From Muribaculaceae bacterium (GTDB lineage Bacteria; Bacteroidota; Bacteroidia; Bacteroidales; Muribaculaceae), in NCBI GenBank assembly GCA_051878455.1, contig JBJEKD010000047.1, forward strand, positions 10,993 to 74,992: a stretch of 64,000 bases of DNA, read 5' to 3'. The notes beneath the pieces are model-generated. The model had not been told where the DNA came from. It ran no database searches and worked only from the letters and a program-made list of their open reading frames with translations. The position numbers and the translations under genes are program-made. Positions 37,117 to 47,787 of the stretch are shown here, piece after piece (the first letter of the stretch is position 1; each line of letters opens with the position of its first letter).

Positions 37117-38553
37117 ATGAACAAAGTCACATTCCAAGCCGTGTTGGTATCAATGATAATCAGTGCATCGACATTCGCCGCAAAGGTTTATGCACAAACA
37201 ATCACCACCAACAACTCCACGCTCAACGCAGCCTTCAACATGGCTTTGAGCACTCTGGACAAAAACATCACTCCTGAAGGGCTGATTCTTGCCGGAGGCG
37301 ACTACGGCGGCGAATGGACTCGCGACTGCGCTTTCAATTCGGCTAACGCAGCAAGCCTGCTGCGTCCCGAGGCTGCTGAACATTCGCTTTGGAGCGTAAC
37401 AAACAACCGCAGCTCGGTGGGTCATCAATATTGGGATAAAATCATCTGGGTGATTGCCGCATGGAAACACTATATGGTGACTGCCGACAACAGTTTTCTC
37501 CGCGATGCCATAAAATGCGCAAAAGCCACTATGAGCGAACTTGAGTCGACGTGCTTCAACACATCCTACAATTTGTTCACAGGACCGGCTGTCTTTCAAG
37601 ACGGCATCGCCGGCTACGATGAGCCCATATATCAGGCAGGCAACAACAGCAGTTATGTGCTCGACCACAACGCCAAACAAATCATGTGTCTTAGCACTAA
37701 TTGCGTCTATTATCAGGCATATCTTTGCCTCGCAGATATGATTTGGCAAGCCGGCAACGACGGCAGCATTTACAACACGAAAGCAAAACAACTGAAAAAG
37801 GCAATTCGCCAACACTTCTACGAGAAAAAGAATAATCGGTTAATCTACCTAATCGACCAGAACGGGAAAAAGCATACTCACACCGAAGCACTTGGCGTGG
37901 CATTCGCTGTGCTTTACGACGTGGTTAGCCGCAGCGAAGCACAACGCCTGCTGTCGGCAGTGCACATCACTCCTTACGGCGTGCCTTGCGTCTACCCTTC
38001 GTTTGCGCGCTTCTCTGCCCAAAAGCCCGGACGTCACAACGTGATGATTTGGCCTCACGTCAACATGATATATGCCTCGGCTTGCGCCTATGCAAAAGTA
38101 ACCGGGCAATTCTATTACGAACTCAACAACCTTGCCCGACTGGCTGTCGACAACAAGGGTTTCTACGAAATCTACGACCCTGCCAACGGCAAGCCAAGCG
38201 GAGGCTATCAATGCGGTCATCTTTGGGACCCCTGCCACGACCAGACATGGTGTGCCACGGGATTTCTGCGAAACATCATCCACGAGGTATTTGGCTTAAA
38301 AATAGGATTGCGAGGCATCAAATTCCGCCCGATAGGAATGAGCGACGGCAGCAAATGCACACTTAAAGGAATCCGCTTCCACAACAACATCATCAACATC
38401 ACCGTTACAGGCAACGGAAAGGGCGACTCGCCTAAATCGTGCCGTATTAACGGAGTGAAAGCCTCAAACTTTCTGGGGTACAACGGCGAGATTTATGAAA
38501 ACGGACGGCAACGCCGCACTTCAGGCGAACTTAACATCGAAATTGAACTTTAA
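37117..38553 (+). CDS. Secreted six-hairpin (alpha/alpha)6 glycoside hydrolase (GH15/GH63/GDE-like).
   Basis: 478 aa with a signal peptide. GGEWTRDCAF resembles the WTRD motif of GH15-type six-hairpin enzymes. The family was not resolved by eye. Confidence 0.55.
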   Translation: MNKVTFQAVLVSMIISASTFAAKVYAQTITTNNSTLNAAFNMALSTLDKNITPEGLILAGGDYGGEWTRDCAFNSANAASLLRPEAAEHSLWSVTNNRSSVGHQYWDKIIWVIAAWKHYMVTADNSFLRDAIKCAKATMSELESTCFNTSYNLFTGPAVFQDGIAGYDEPIYQAGNNSSYVLDHNAKQIMCLSTNCVYYQAYLCLADMIWQAGNDGSIYNTKAKQLKKAIRQHFYEKKNNRLIYLIDQNGKKHTHTEALGVAFAVLYDVVSRSEAQRLLSAVHITPYGVPCVYPSFARFSAQKPGRHNVMIWPHVNMIYASACAYAKVTGQFYYELNNLARLAVDNKGFYEIYDPANGKPSGGYQCGHLWDPCHDQTWCATGFLRNIIHEVFGLKIGLRGIKFRPIGMSDGSKCTLKGIRFHNNIINITVTGNGKGDSPKSCRINGVKASNFLGYNGEIYENGRQRRTSGELNIEIEL

Positions 38554-38599
38554 ACACAAGACTCATCATAGCAAACTAATATTATAAAAGTTACCCATT

Positions 38600-39484
38600 A
38601 TGGAATTAATCGACGGTAAGAAAGTGGCTGCCGAAGTGAAACAAGAAATAGCAGCCGAAGTTGAACAAATGATTGCTGAAGGCAAACGCCGCCCCCACCT
38701 TGTGGCAATTCTCGTTGGCCACGATGGTGGCAGCGAAACCTATGTGCGCAACAAGGTGATAGCATGCGAGCAATGCGGATTTAAGTCGACTCTTATCCGC
38801 TACGAAGACGACGTGACAGAGCAAGAACTTCTCAATACCATCGAACGGCTCAACAACGATGCCGACGTCGACGGGTTTATTGTTCAACTGCCGTTGCCAC
38901 GCCATATTTCAGAGCAACGCATCATTGAAGCCATCGACTATCGCAAGGACGTTGACGGATTTCATCCGACCAACGTGGGACGTATGTCAATCGGGTTGCC
39001 ATGCTTCGTTTCAGCCACACCTGCCGGCATAGTTGAGTTGCTCAGCCGCTACAACGTGAACACCAACGGCGCTAACTGCGTGGTGCTTGGCCGAAGCAAC
39101 ATAGTGGGCAAACCGGTTGCCAACCTGCTCATGCAAAAGGCTCCTGTGGGCAACGCCACCGTAACGGTGTGTCACTCTGCCACCAAGAACCTTAAAGAAA
39201 TATGTCGCCAAGCCGACATCATCATAGCAGCCATTGGGCAACCCGAATTTGTGAAAGAAGATATGGTGAAAGAAGGCGCTGTGATTATTGATGTGGGCAC
39301 AACCCGTGTGCCGTCGACCGAAACAAAGAGCGGCTTCAAACTTAAAGGCGACGTTGATTTTGCAAATGTTGCCCCAAAATGTTCGCTCATCACTCCTGTG
39401 CCCGGCGGAGTTGGCCCGATGACCATCTGTTCACTTATGAAGAACACCCTGCTTGCGGCAAAAAAGGTGATTTATAACGCATAA
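38600..39484 (+). CDS. folD: Bifunctional methylenetetrahydrofolate dehydrogenase/cyclohydrolase.
   Basis: 294 aa with [10 protein letters not shown].., [31 protein letters not shown] and [11 protein letters not shown] motifs. Confidence 0.95.
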   Translation: MELIDGKKVAAEVKQEIAAEVEQMIAEGKRRPHLVAILVGHDGGSETYVRNKVIACEQCGFKSTLIRYEDDVTEQELLNTIERLNNDADVDGFIVQLPLPRHISEQRIIEAIDYRKDVDGFHPTNVGRMSIGLPCFVSATPAGIVELLSRYNVNTNGANCVVLGRSNIVGKPVANLLMQKAPVGNATVTVCHSATKNLKEICRQADIIIAAIGQPEFVKEDMVKEGAVIIDVGTTRVPSTETKSGFKLKGDVDFANVAPKCSLITPVPGGVGPMTICSLMKNTLLAAKKVIYNA

Positions 39485-39500
39485 TCACAAATAGCATTCC

Positions 39501-40610
39501 ATGAAACACATTATCGCCATAGTGCTGCTGACGCTGTTTGGTGCCACCGCCAACAGTCAAACTATCAACCTCACATTTGTGGGCGATGCCATGCAGCATG
39601 GCCCGCAAATAAAGGCTGCTCTCACCACCGATGGCAGTTACAACTACTCGGACTGTTTCATCCATCTTGCCAACGACATTGCTGATGCCGATTTCGCGTT
39701 GGTCAATCTGGAGTGTCCGCTTGGTGGCAAGCCCTATTCGGGCTACCCTAACTTCAGTGCCCCCGACGAGTTTGCCAAAGCACTGCACGATGTGGGATTC
39801 GACTTCTTTGCCACTGCCAACAATCACTGCCTCGACCGTCGCGATGCCGGACTGAAACGGACCATTCGCCAACTCGATGCGCTCAACATTCCTCATGTTG
39901 GCACCTACCTCAACGCCGCTGCACGCGATACGCTCTGCCCGCAAATAGTCGACGTGAAAGGTGTGCGCATGGCTATTATGAACTACACCTACGACACCAA
40001 CGGCATACCCGTACAGGGCAAGGTGGTGGTCGACTATATCAACCGCGACATAATAGCCGCCGATATTGCGAAGGCTCAACAAATGCAAGCCGACTTGATT
40101 TGTGTTTGCATGCATTGGGGCATTGAATACAAACTACTCCCCGACGAGGTGCAGCAGTCGCTTGCCGACTTTATTATCGACCAGGGCGCCGACCTCATTA
40201 TCGGCAGCCATCCGCATGTGGTGGAACCTATGGAAATACGTCATAGCGAGAAGTGGAACAAAGATGTGCTGCTTGTCTACTCGCTTGGCAATTTCATATC
40301 AAACCAAAACGGCACCGACAGCCGCGGTGGAGCACTTGTAAAGGTAAATCTTTCGCGCGACATGTTCGGAAAAATGCAACTCAACAATGCTTGCTACCGA
40401 CTATTCTTCTGCCAAAAACCAAAAACAAGAAAAGAGAATTACCAACTGATTCCCTATGGCAGCGAAAACCTGCTCCGTGCCGACTCAAAAACGGCTTACG
40501 ACGCATTTATGCGCAACGCCCACAACATTCTCAACAAGCACAACGTAAACGTGCCTGAAATCGCAACCGACTCACTACAATTCATCAACCCCATATTCTC
40601 AATCAAATGA
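39501..40610 (+). CDS. CapA/PGA_cap family metallophosphoesterase-like protein, secreted.
   Basis: 369 aa with a signal peptide and the motifs FVGDAM, NLECPL, ANNHCLD, HWGIEY, GSHPHV and YSLGNF. Confidence 0.75.
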   Translation: MKHIIAIVLLTLFGATANSQTINLTFVGDAMQHGPQIKAALTTDGSYNYSDCFIHLANDIADADFALVNLECPLGGKPYSGYPNFSAPDEFAKALHDVGFDFFATANNHCLDRRDAGLKRTIRQLDALNIPHVGTYLNAAARDTLCPQIVDVKGVRMAIMNYTYDTNGIPVQGKVVVDYINRDIIAADIAKAQQMQADLICVCMHWGIEYKLLPDEVQQSLADFIIDQGADLIIGSHPHVVEPMEIRHSEKWNKDVLLVYSLGNFISNQNGTDSRGGALVKVNLSRDMFGKMQLNNACYRLFFCQKPKTRKENYQLIPYGSENLLRADSKTAYDAFMRNAHNILNKHNVNVPEIATDSLQFINPIFSIK

Positions 40611-42196
40611 AACTCATCACTTTGTGTATTTCATCAATAATTGCCGTTTCAGCCGCAGCGCAGCCAATGATGGGCTGGAGTTCGTGGAACGCTTTCAAAG
40701 TTCACATTAACGAAAAGATAATATGCCGTCAGGCTTTCCTGCTCGACTCTTTAGGGCTGAAAGACGCCGGCTACCAGTTTGTTAACATCGACGATGGCTT
40801 CTTTGGCAGACGTCCAACACCCACCACCATCGAAGCGAACGTGGCTAAATTCCCTAACGGTATGCGTGTGCTCACCGATTATGTTCACAGCCTCGGGCTA
40901 AAAGCCGGCATCTACACCGACGCCGGCACTCGCACTTGCGGCTCGATTTGGGATGGCGACGTGGCAGGACGCGTTGCCGGCATCTACGGGCACGAGCAGA
41001 GCGATTGCCAAATATATTTCCGCGACTGGAATTTCGATTTCATAAAAATTGATTATTGCGGCGGTTCCGACCTCAACCTCGATGAGCAACAGCGCTATAC
41101 CACAATCTACAACGCCGTGCAGCAATATGGCCGCCCTGATGTTCGCATCAACATTTGCCGATGGGCTTATCCGGGCACTTGGGCTGAAAAAGCAGCGGCT
41201 TCGTGGCGCATCAGTGGCGACATCACCGCGCAATGGGGTTCGCTGAAATATGTCGTCGGCAAAAACCTCTATCTTTCGGCATTCTGCCGTGGCGGTAAGT
41301 TCAACGATATGGACATGCTGGTGCTGGGTATGCGTGGCAAAGGTCGACTCGATGGCACCGGGCTGACCGACATAGAGGACGAAACTCACATGGCTTTGTG
41401 GTGCATTATGAGCAGTCCGCTGCTAATTGGCTGCGACCTCAGCCGATTGTCTGAAAAAAGCCTTGCTTTGCTGAAAAACAACGAATTGATTGCCCTTAAC
41501 CAAGACGCCTTAAACCTTCAAGCGCGTGTTTATCAACACGTCGGCGACACCTATGTGCTTGCCAAAGACATCGAAAAACGCGAAGGCAACGTGCGAGCTG
41601 TGGCATTATATAACCAAAGCGACAGCGCCTACACTTTCAGAGTGGCGTTGAGCACTCTCTGTCTTGCGGGCAAAACCAAAGTTCGCGACCTTATTCACCG
41701 CACCAACTTAAAGTCGACTTCCGACAGCATCATACTCACCGTTGAACCTCACGCAACCGCTTGCCTGCGTCTTGAAGCCGCCAAACGCATCGAGGCATCA
41801 ACCTACGAAGCCGAATGGGCTTACCTTCCTTGCTTTAACGACCTCGGCAAGAGCGATAAGACCATAACGGCCACCGCAATGACAGGTGCAAGTGGCGGTA
41901 TGGGAGTGAAAAATATTGGCGGAAAACCCGAGAACGTGCTCTGTTGGGAAGACGTTTACAGCCATAACGGAGGTTCATATCAGATAACTGTGAGTTACAC
42001 ATCGCCAAAGGAGCCTCTCGCCCTGCACATTTGGGTGAACGGTGCCGATGAACAAAGCATCAACCTAAACCGTAGCGAGTCGGTAGCCACAACTTCGTTC
42101 AACATCACCCTGAACAAAGGTGTGAACACAATCACTTTAGGCAACCCATTCGACTGGGCACCCAACATCGACAAGATTGAACTCAGAAAGTTATAA
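40607..42196 (+). CDS. Alpha-galactosidase, GH27, with a C-terminal carbohydrate-binding-module-like domain.
   Basis: 529 aa with PMMGWSSWNAF, NIDDGF, KAGIYTDAGTRTC and FIKIDYCGG motifs. The C-terminal ~130 aa YEAEWAY..NIDKIEL looks CBM6/35-like. The start overlaps the CapA stop (ATGA). Confidence 0.85.
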   Translation: MKLITLCISSIIAVSAAAQPMMGWSSWNAFKVHINEKIICRQAFLLDSLGLKDAGYQFVNIDDGFFGRRPTPTTIEANVAKFPNGMRVLTDYVHSLGLKAGIYTDAGTRTCGSIWDGDVAGRVAGIYGHEQSDCQIYFRDWNFDFIKIDYCGGSDLNLDEQQRYTTIYNAVQQYGRPDVRINICRWAYPGTWAEKAAASWRISGDITAQWGSLKYVVGKNLYLSAFCRGGKFNDMDMLVLGMRGKGRLDGTGLTDIEDETHMALWCIMSSPLLIGCDLSRLSEKSLALLKNNELIALNQDALNLQARVYQHVGDTYVLAKDIEKREGNVRAVALYNQSDSAYTFRVALSTLCLAGKTKVRDLIHRTNLKSTSDSIILTVEPHATACLRLEAAKRIEASTYEAEWAYLPCFNDLGKSDKTITATAMTGASGGMGVKNIGGKPENVLCWEDVYSHNGGSYQITVSYTSPKEPLALHIWVNGADEQSINLNRSESVATTSFNITLNKGVNTITLGNPFDWAPNIDKIELRKL

Positions 42197-42210
42197 ACAA
42201 GCCCTTGCAA

Positions 42211-42858
42211 TTAAATGTAGTATTCCATCATCTCCACCAGCCCCGAGCGCAAAGCGTAGCGGGTGGCTTCATACACATTATTCACACCCAGTTTCCTGAA
42301 GATATTTTTCTTGTGGGCAACTATTGTATGTTCGCTCGAACAGCGTATAGCCGCAATTTCTTTCACTGATTTGCCGGAAGCAATCAGCCGAAGCACCTCT
42401 CTTTCGGTGGCTGTGAGCGATTCGTTCACATCAGCATCTCTACGATGCTGACGCAACACGCCTTCGATGCTTTTGCTCAAATACTGACGCCCGCAAGCGG
42501 CAGCATGCAATGCGTTTGCAATCTCCGCCTCGCTCTCGCCTTTCAGCACCATCGAAAACGACGGCTCCAAGCACATCCGGTTAATCAAGCCATCGGCAAG
42601 TTCGTCACCCACAATCACCCAATGCGAAGCCGCATAACGCAACTGCAACACAATCATCTCATCGAGGCTGCGCAGGTCGAACAACGAATAATCAACCACC
42701 ACAGCATCGCCGCCACAACTGCCCAACGCCTCGGCAAGTTGTTTCTTATCCGAGGCGATACGCACGTCATAACCGGCAAACTCATTTTTAATTATGGTTG
42801 TAAATCCAACTCGAGTGAGCGGCTGGGAATCGGCTATTATGAACAAGCGATTACTCAT
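42211..42858 (-). CDS. LuxR/NarL-family response-regulator-like transcription factor.
   Basis: 215 aa with a receiver-like N-terminal domain (FIIADSQ.., VVVDYSL) and the C-terminal HTH LTATEREVLRLIASGKSVKEIA..SEHTIVAHKKNIFRKLGV. Confidence 0.8.
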   Translation of the reverse strand: MSNRLFIIADSQPLTRVGFTTIIKNEFAGYDVRIASDKKQLAEALGSCGGDAVVVDYSLFDLRSLDEMIVLQLRYAASHWVIVGDELADGLINRMCLEPSFSMVLKGESEAEIANALHAAACGRQYLSKSIEGVLRQHRRDADVNESLTATEREVLRLIASGKSVKEIAAIRCSSEHTIVAHKKNIFRKLGVNNVYEATRYALRSGLVEMMEYYI

Positions 42859-42873
42859 CGCAGCCTCCTCTCA

Positions 42874-43821
42874 TCAAAGTGGATACTCGTCGAAAGCATA
42901 AAGCACAGTCGACAGATAACGCTCACCCGTATCAGGCAGCAAGGCAACGATGGTCTTGCCTTTGTTTTCGGGGCGTTTTGCCTGCTGAATAGCGGCATAT
43001 ACCGAAGCACCTGCCGAGATGCCCACCAATAAGCCTTCGGTTTGCGCAAGTATGCGCGAGGTGCGTATGGCATCATCGTCGCTCACCGGCACAATTTCGT
43101 CAACCACATCGCGATGAAAATTTCCCGGCACAAAATTAGCACCTATACCTTGAATCTTATGCTTGCCGGCAACGCCCGTTGCCAACACTTGCGATGTTGC
43201 CGGTTCCACCGCCACAGCCTTAACGCTCGGTTTCCGTGCCTTTAAGCCTTCGGCTGTGCCACTTACCGTGCCGCCTGTGCCAACACCTGCCACAAACACA
43301 TCCACCTCGCCATCGGTGTCGCGCCATATCTCATCGGCTGTGGTTGCCGTGTGTGCTGCGGGATTTGCCTCATTCTCGAACTGCTGCAAAATCACTGCTC
43401 CCGGATTAGACGCACGCAGTTCTTCAGCCTTATCGAGAGCGCCTTTCATGCCCTCTGCGCCAGGCGTAAGCACGATGGTTGCGCCCAATGCTTTAAGCAG
43501 ATTCTGACGCTCAACGCTCATCGTTTCGGGCATTGTGAGCACTGCCTTATACCCTTTCACCGATGCCACCCATGCTATACCCACACCGGTATTGCCACTG
43601 GTTGGTTCAATAATCAATGCTCCGGGCTTCAACACTCCATCGCGCTCAGCCTTTTCAATCATTGCCAAAGCCACACGGTCTTTCACGCTGCCTCCGGGAT
43701 TAAAATATTCCACTTTTGCAATCAATCGAGCATCAAGATGTTCCAGTTCCTCAATCTTGTGGAGTTCGAGCAACGGAGTGTTACCGATAAGTTCGGTCAA
43801 ACTATCATAAATTTTTGCCAT
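42874..43821 (-). CDS. cysK: Cysteine synthase A (O-acetylserine sulfhydrylase).
   Basis: 315 aa with the PLP-Lys motif NPGGSVKDR and the motifs TSGNTG and GVGTGGT. Confidence 0.9.
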   Translation of the reverse strand: MAKIYDSLTELIGNTPLLELHKIEELEHLDARLIAKVEYFNPGGSVKDRVALAMIEKAERDGVLKPGALIIEPTSGNTGVGIAWVASVKGYKAVLTMPETMSVERQNLLKALGATIVLTPGAEGMKGALDKAEELRASNPGAVILQQFENEANPAAHTATTADEIWRDTDGEVDVFVAGVGTGGTVSGTAEGLKARKPSVKAVAVEPATSQVLATGVAGKHKIQGIGANFVPGNFHRDVVDEIVPVSDDDAIRTSRILAQTEGLLVGISAGASVYAAIQQAKRPENKGKTIVALLPDTGERYLSTVLYAFDEYPL

Positions 43822-43852
43822 AATCTATAAGCATTAATTATTATTTATGATG

Positions 43853-43860
43853 CAAAATTA
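43853..43860 (-). promoter_or_regulatory. -7 box TAatTTTG for cysK.
   Basis: The reverse complement of caaaatta is taattttg, 32 nt upstream of ATG 43821. Confidence 0.45.
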
Positions 43861-43945
43861 ATGCCTCAAATCGGCAATGTCAATACCATATTGATGGTAT
43901 ATCGCAGGAATCGGCATCAAAAAAGCGCGTTTTTCTAACCACATG

Positions 43946-43991
43946 CGCAGAAAAAATGTTGCCACACGCCATGTTGCAATGACGTGTGGCA
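43946..43991 (-). terminator. Rho-independent terminator after the outer-membrane barrel gene.
   Basis: Stem gccacacg / cgtgtggc (8-9 bp) with a 14-nt loop, followed on the minus strand by AACAUUUUUUC. Confidence 0.6.
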
Positions 43992-44054
43992 CAAACACAT
44001 ATTAACCGTAATTTTATCTACATTCAACTAACAAATCTTTTTCCCTCCTCTTAA

Positions 44055-44750
44055 TCACCATTCAAAACTGAGGCGAACGCCAAAACTGCTCAGCCCCTTA
44101 ACATCGTCGTGATAATATGAGTTTCCGGTCCAGTCGGCAATGCGATGCGTGGTAAGATTGTAGGTGGCAGCCAAATTCACAGCACTTTTGCCACCGGTTG
44201 GGATGCGTATGCCCACCGAAGGACTCATGTAGAAACTGTTGGTACCGTCATAATACCCTCTACCCACCACAAGCACATCGTCGCTCACACGGAATTGAGC
44301 ACCAATCTTGAAATCGAAAAACGGCTGAACAAAAGAGTCGCGCGACGGAGTAACATTGCCAAAGCGGAAATCGACATACAGCGGTATGCTCACGCCTGTG
44401 GTGTGATAGTCGTAGTGGCCATCGCTTCGGTCGTACTCATCTTTGTTGAACGACACACTAAGACCGCCGCCAACACCAACAAATGTGTTTCTGCTCACCT
44501 GCATACCGTGAGTGGTGAGTATATCAAATCGGTCGGCACGATTGTCGCCTATGCCGGCAGCATACCCTACTTCTAAAAAGCCTTTATATGGCACCATACT
44601 GCCGCGATAGCCATCGTCGCCTCTATAATAAGTTTCACGCTGCGGACGACGCTGAACGCCACCCTGTCCATGACGAAAATACGGTTGGGCTTCTGCCACT
44701 GCTACGCCAATCAGTATTGCAAAAATCGATGTAATCAATGTCCTTTTCAT
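44055..44750 (-). CDS. Outer-membrane beta-barrel (porin-family) protein.
   Basis: 231 aa with a signal peptide and alternating amphipathic beta-strands. The C-terminus ..FGVRLSFEW is a typical OMP signature ending in an aromatic residue. Confidence 0.7.
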   Translation of the reverse strand: MKRTLITSIFAILIGVAVAEAQPYFRHGQGGVQRRPQRETYYRGDDGYRGSMVPYKGFLEVGYAAGIGDNRADRFDILTTHGMQVSRNTFVGVGGGLSVSFNKDEYDRSDGHYDYHTTGVSIPLYVDFRFGNVTPSRDSFVQPFFDFKIGAQFRVSDDVLVVGRGYYDGTNSFYMSPSVGIRIPTGGKSAVNLAATYNLTTHRIADWTGNSYYHDDVKGLSSFGVRLSFEW

Positions 44751-44973
44751 AATCTTATCCTTTCGTTTATTTTATTGTTTCTGTTAGTTTAGACTACTTT
44801 TCGGCTACATAGTTTAAGGTCATTATTTCTTAACAAATGGTCAAAATTTCCATTTAATCCAAATCGGTCATTAGCGTTATGGTGATAATAACTTTTGTTA
44901 TTTAGCTGATGTTATTATGTTTTGAGGGAGCAATGGGGCTATTGCAACCGGAAATACAGATAGACCGATTACA

Positions 44974-45013
44974 TAACAAAACTGCCACTGCACCAGCATT
45001 GGCACAATGGCAG
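44974..45013 (-). terminator. Rho-independent terminator after the P-type ATPase gene.
   Basis: On the minus strand, the stem cugccauug / caguggcag (one G-U pair) is followed by UUUUGUUAUG. Confidence 0.6.
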
Positions 45014-45052
45014 CAAACCGTTTATTATTAAGGTTATCGCACTTCCGGGCGG

Positions 45053-47743
45053 TTATCTCTTTCGCAAGAAGGCAAAGCCTAATTGACCCGCAATAGCCAC
45101 CACACTGGTTATTCCGGCTATCGAAAGCACTTCAGCAAATTGCAGATTGCTAAGTTTGAAAAAATCTCCGCCATACATCGAAATCAACACCTGCCCCACA
45201 AATATCACAGCCCACATGGCAAAGAACACTTTACATTCACCCAACTTATGAAACGCCCAATGTCCGCTGAAGAACGAGCGTGCGTTGAGCATATTCCAGA
45301 ATTGGACAAACACAAAAGCGGTGAAGAATACGGTGAGTTCGTGTGAATCAATATCGTGAGCAAAAACGAAGATATTATTAATTGCAAATCCCGATTTGTC
45401 AGTTCCTTTGAGATAAAGCAAATAACCGCTAAGCAATATTGCAAGCACAGCGCCAAAGCCTATGATGAACTTCCACATGTCGCGCGTGATGATGGCAACC
45501 CCCGGACGTCGGGGCATGTCGCACATCACTTTTGGGGTGGCAGGCAACGATGCCATTGCCAAAGCCGCGAATGTGTCCATAATAAGGTTCACCCACAGCA
45601 TTTGTGTGACCGATAGCGGAGCCTGTTTTCCCAAGAACGAACCTAAAGTGACCACCACGCACGCAATCACGTTCACCGTGAGTTGGAACACCACAAAACG
45701 CTGGATGTTAAGATATAGCGAACGCCCCCAAAGCACAGCCTTTGTGATGCTTGCAAAACTATTATCTATAATCGTGATGTCGCTTGCTTCCTTAGCCACC
45801 GAAGTGCCGTCGCCCATCGACAACCCCACCTGAGCAGCATTCAATGCCGGAGCGTCGTTAGTGCCGTCGCCGGTCACAGCCACCACTTCGCCTTGTCGCT
45901 GCAACAGCGACACCAGTCGCGACTTGTCCTGCGGGCGTGCTCGCGACATCACTTTCAGGCGTTCAGCCACACGGGCGGCTTCGTCGTCGGGCAGCGTAGC
46001 AAATTCCGGTCCGGAAATCAACACATCGGTGCCGTCGTCGCCGGCAATGATGCCCACTTGACGGCCAATCTCGCGTGCAGTGCCGGGAGTATCGCCGGTT
46101 ACAATCTTCACCTGAATACCCGCCGAAACACATTCTTTTATGGCATCAGGCACATCGGCACGAACAGGGTCGGAAATAGCCACAATGCCCATGAACGTCA
46201 TGCCCTCCACGGCAAGCCTGCCATTGGCAATCGGCATCTCGCCGTCGGCAAGACGCTTGCAGGCAAAACCAAGCGTACGCATTGCCTTATTCTGATAGCC
46301 ATATAAATGCTCCATCACCCGTTCACGATTCATCGAACCGGCTGTAGCCGAACAAAAGTCGTAGATAATCTCACTTGCGCCTTTCACATACAACATTCGG
46401 CAACCGAGCAATCGGCTCTTAACCACTGTTGCCATATATTTACGCTCGGTGGAAAAAGGCAACTGCATTTCCACTTCAGCATCTTCGCGCAGACGCATAT
46501 AACTGCACTCGTGGTCGTTAAGCCACAACAGCAATGCCCCTTCAGTGGGATTGCCCAACGCCGTCAATCGTCCCAACGAATCTTCTTCGAGAAACGCGGT
46601 GGTGTTCACGGCAATGCCCTCCTTCACCATTCGGCTGGCATCGTCGTCGGAAAGGGTGTTATCGGCAAGGTCGAAGAACTCGGCAGTGAAAACCTGCATA
46701 CGGTTTTGCGTGAGCGTTCCTGTTTTATCGGTGCAAATCACTGTTGCCGCACCCATTGTTTCACAGGCATGCATCTTGCGCACAAGGTTGTTGTTGCTCA
46801 ACATGCGACGCATGCTCAACGCCAAACTCAAAGTGACGCTCATCGGCAACCCTTCGGGAACACTCACCACAATCAAAGTCACGGCAAGCATCACCGTTGT
46901 GAGCATATATTCCACGAACTCCAGCAAATTCCAAGTTTCGTCAACCACGAAATAAGAGAACAATCTGCCCAGGAATAATAATATGGCAGCACCATATCCA
47001 AGCCACGATATGGTTTTTCCAAGTCGCTCAAGTTGCAACATAAGCGGAGTTTTCACGCCGTTGTCGATTTGCGACGCAGTGTACACTTTGCCGTATTCGG
47101 TGGCATCGCCCACACGAATAACCTGCATAGTGCAATGGCCTTCAATCACGGTGGTGCCACGGAACAATTCGTTGGTAGGATAGGTGGCTTCGGAATCCAT
47201 GTCTTCGGCACGATGTGATTTACGCACCATCGGTTCGCCGGTGAGAGTGCTTTCGTTGATGCAGAGCGTACTGCTTGCCAGCAACTTGCCGTCGGCAGGA
47301 ACTTCCTCGCCGGCATCAAGCATCACCACGTCGCCCACCACCAACAGTTGGCGCGACAAATGGCGAACTTTGCCGTTGCGCATCACCTTCACACTCACTT
47401 CGTCGTTCACCTTATTGAGCAATTCAAACTTTTTGTTGGCATTCACTTCCACCAAAAAGCCAACCACCGTGGCAAGAAGCACGGCTACGAGTATTCCAAG
47501 CGGCTCGAGCAACGATTTCATGCCCATACCCATCGAAATCTCGTATGCCGACACGCCAAACGACAGCACAAGAGCCACAAGCAAGATTTCAATCAGCGGG
47601 TCCTTAAACTTCTCAACAAGCAGATGCCACATCGATTCACGGGGCGGAGGTGTGAGAATATTACTTCCGTATTTCAACCTCGACTCCTCAACTTGCTGCG
47701 AAGTCAAACCGTTTTTCAAGTCAACATTATCTATCCAATTCAT
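45053..47743 (-). CDS. Cation (probably Ca2+)-translocating P-type ATPase, P2 type.
   Basis: Phosphorylation motif CTDKTGTLT, plus TGEP, TGDTPGTA and VTGDGTNDAPAL, with 10 predicted TM helices. The track start at 47749 is a GTG; the ATG two codons in is used here. Confidence 0.9.
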   Translation of the reverse strand: MNWIDNVDLKNGLTSQQVEESRLKYGSNILTPPPRESMWHLLVEKFKDPLIEILLVALVLSFGVSAYEISMGMGMKSLLEPLGILVAVLLATVVGFLVEVNANKKFELLNKVNDEVSVKVMRNGKVRHLSRQLLVVGDVVMLDAGEEVPADGKLLASSTLCINESTLTGEPMVRKSHRAEDMDSEATYPTNELFRGTTVIEGHCTMQVIRVGDATEYGKVYTASQIDNGVKTPLMLQLERLGKTISWLGYGAAILLFLGRLFSYFVVDETWNLLEFVEYMLTTVMLAVTLIVVSVPEGLPMSVTLSLALSMRRMLSNNNLVRKMHACETMGAATVICTDKTGTLTQNRMQVFTAEFFDLADNTLSDDDASRMVKEGIAVNTTAFLEEDSLGRLTALGNPTEGALLLWLNDHECSYMRLREDAEVEMQLPFSTERKYMATVVKSRLLGCRMLYVKGASEIIYDFCSATAGSMNRERVMEHLYGYQNKAMRTLGFACKRLADGEMPIANGRLAVEGMTFMGIVAISDPVRADVPDAIKECVSAGIQVKIVTGDTPGTAREIGRQVGIIAGDDGTDVLISGPEFATLPDDEAARVAERLKVMSRARPQDKSRLVSLLQRQGEVVAVTGDGTNDAPALNAAQVGLSMGDGTSVAKEASDITIIDNSFASITKAVLWGRSLYLNIQRFVVFQLTVNVIACVVVTLGSFLGKQAPLSVTQMLWVNLIMDTFAALAMASLPATPKVMCDMPRRPGVAIITRDMWKFIIGFGAVLAILLSGYLLYLKGTDKSGFAINNIFVFAHDIDSHELTVFFTAFVFVQFWNMLNARSFFSGHWAFHKLGECKVFFAMWAVIFVGQVLISMYGGDFFKLSNLQFAEVLSIAGITSVVAIAGQLGFAFLRKR

Positions 47744-47787
47744 AATCACTACCAGTATCTGACAATCGTGTTTATAAATCCTGATTG

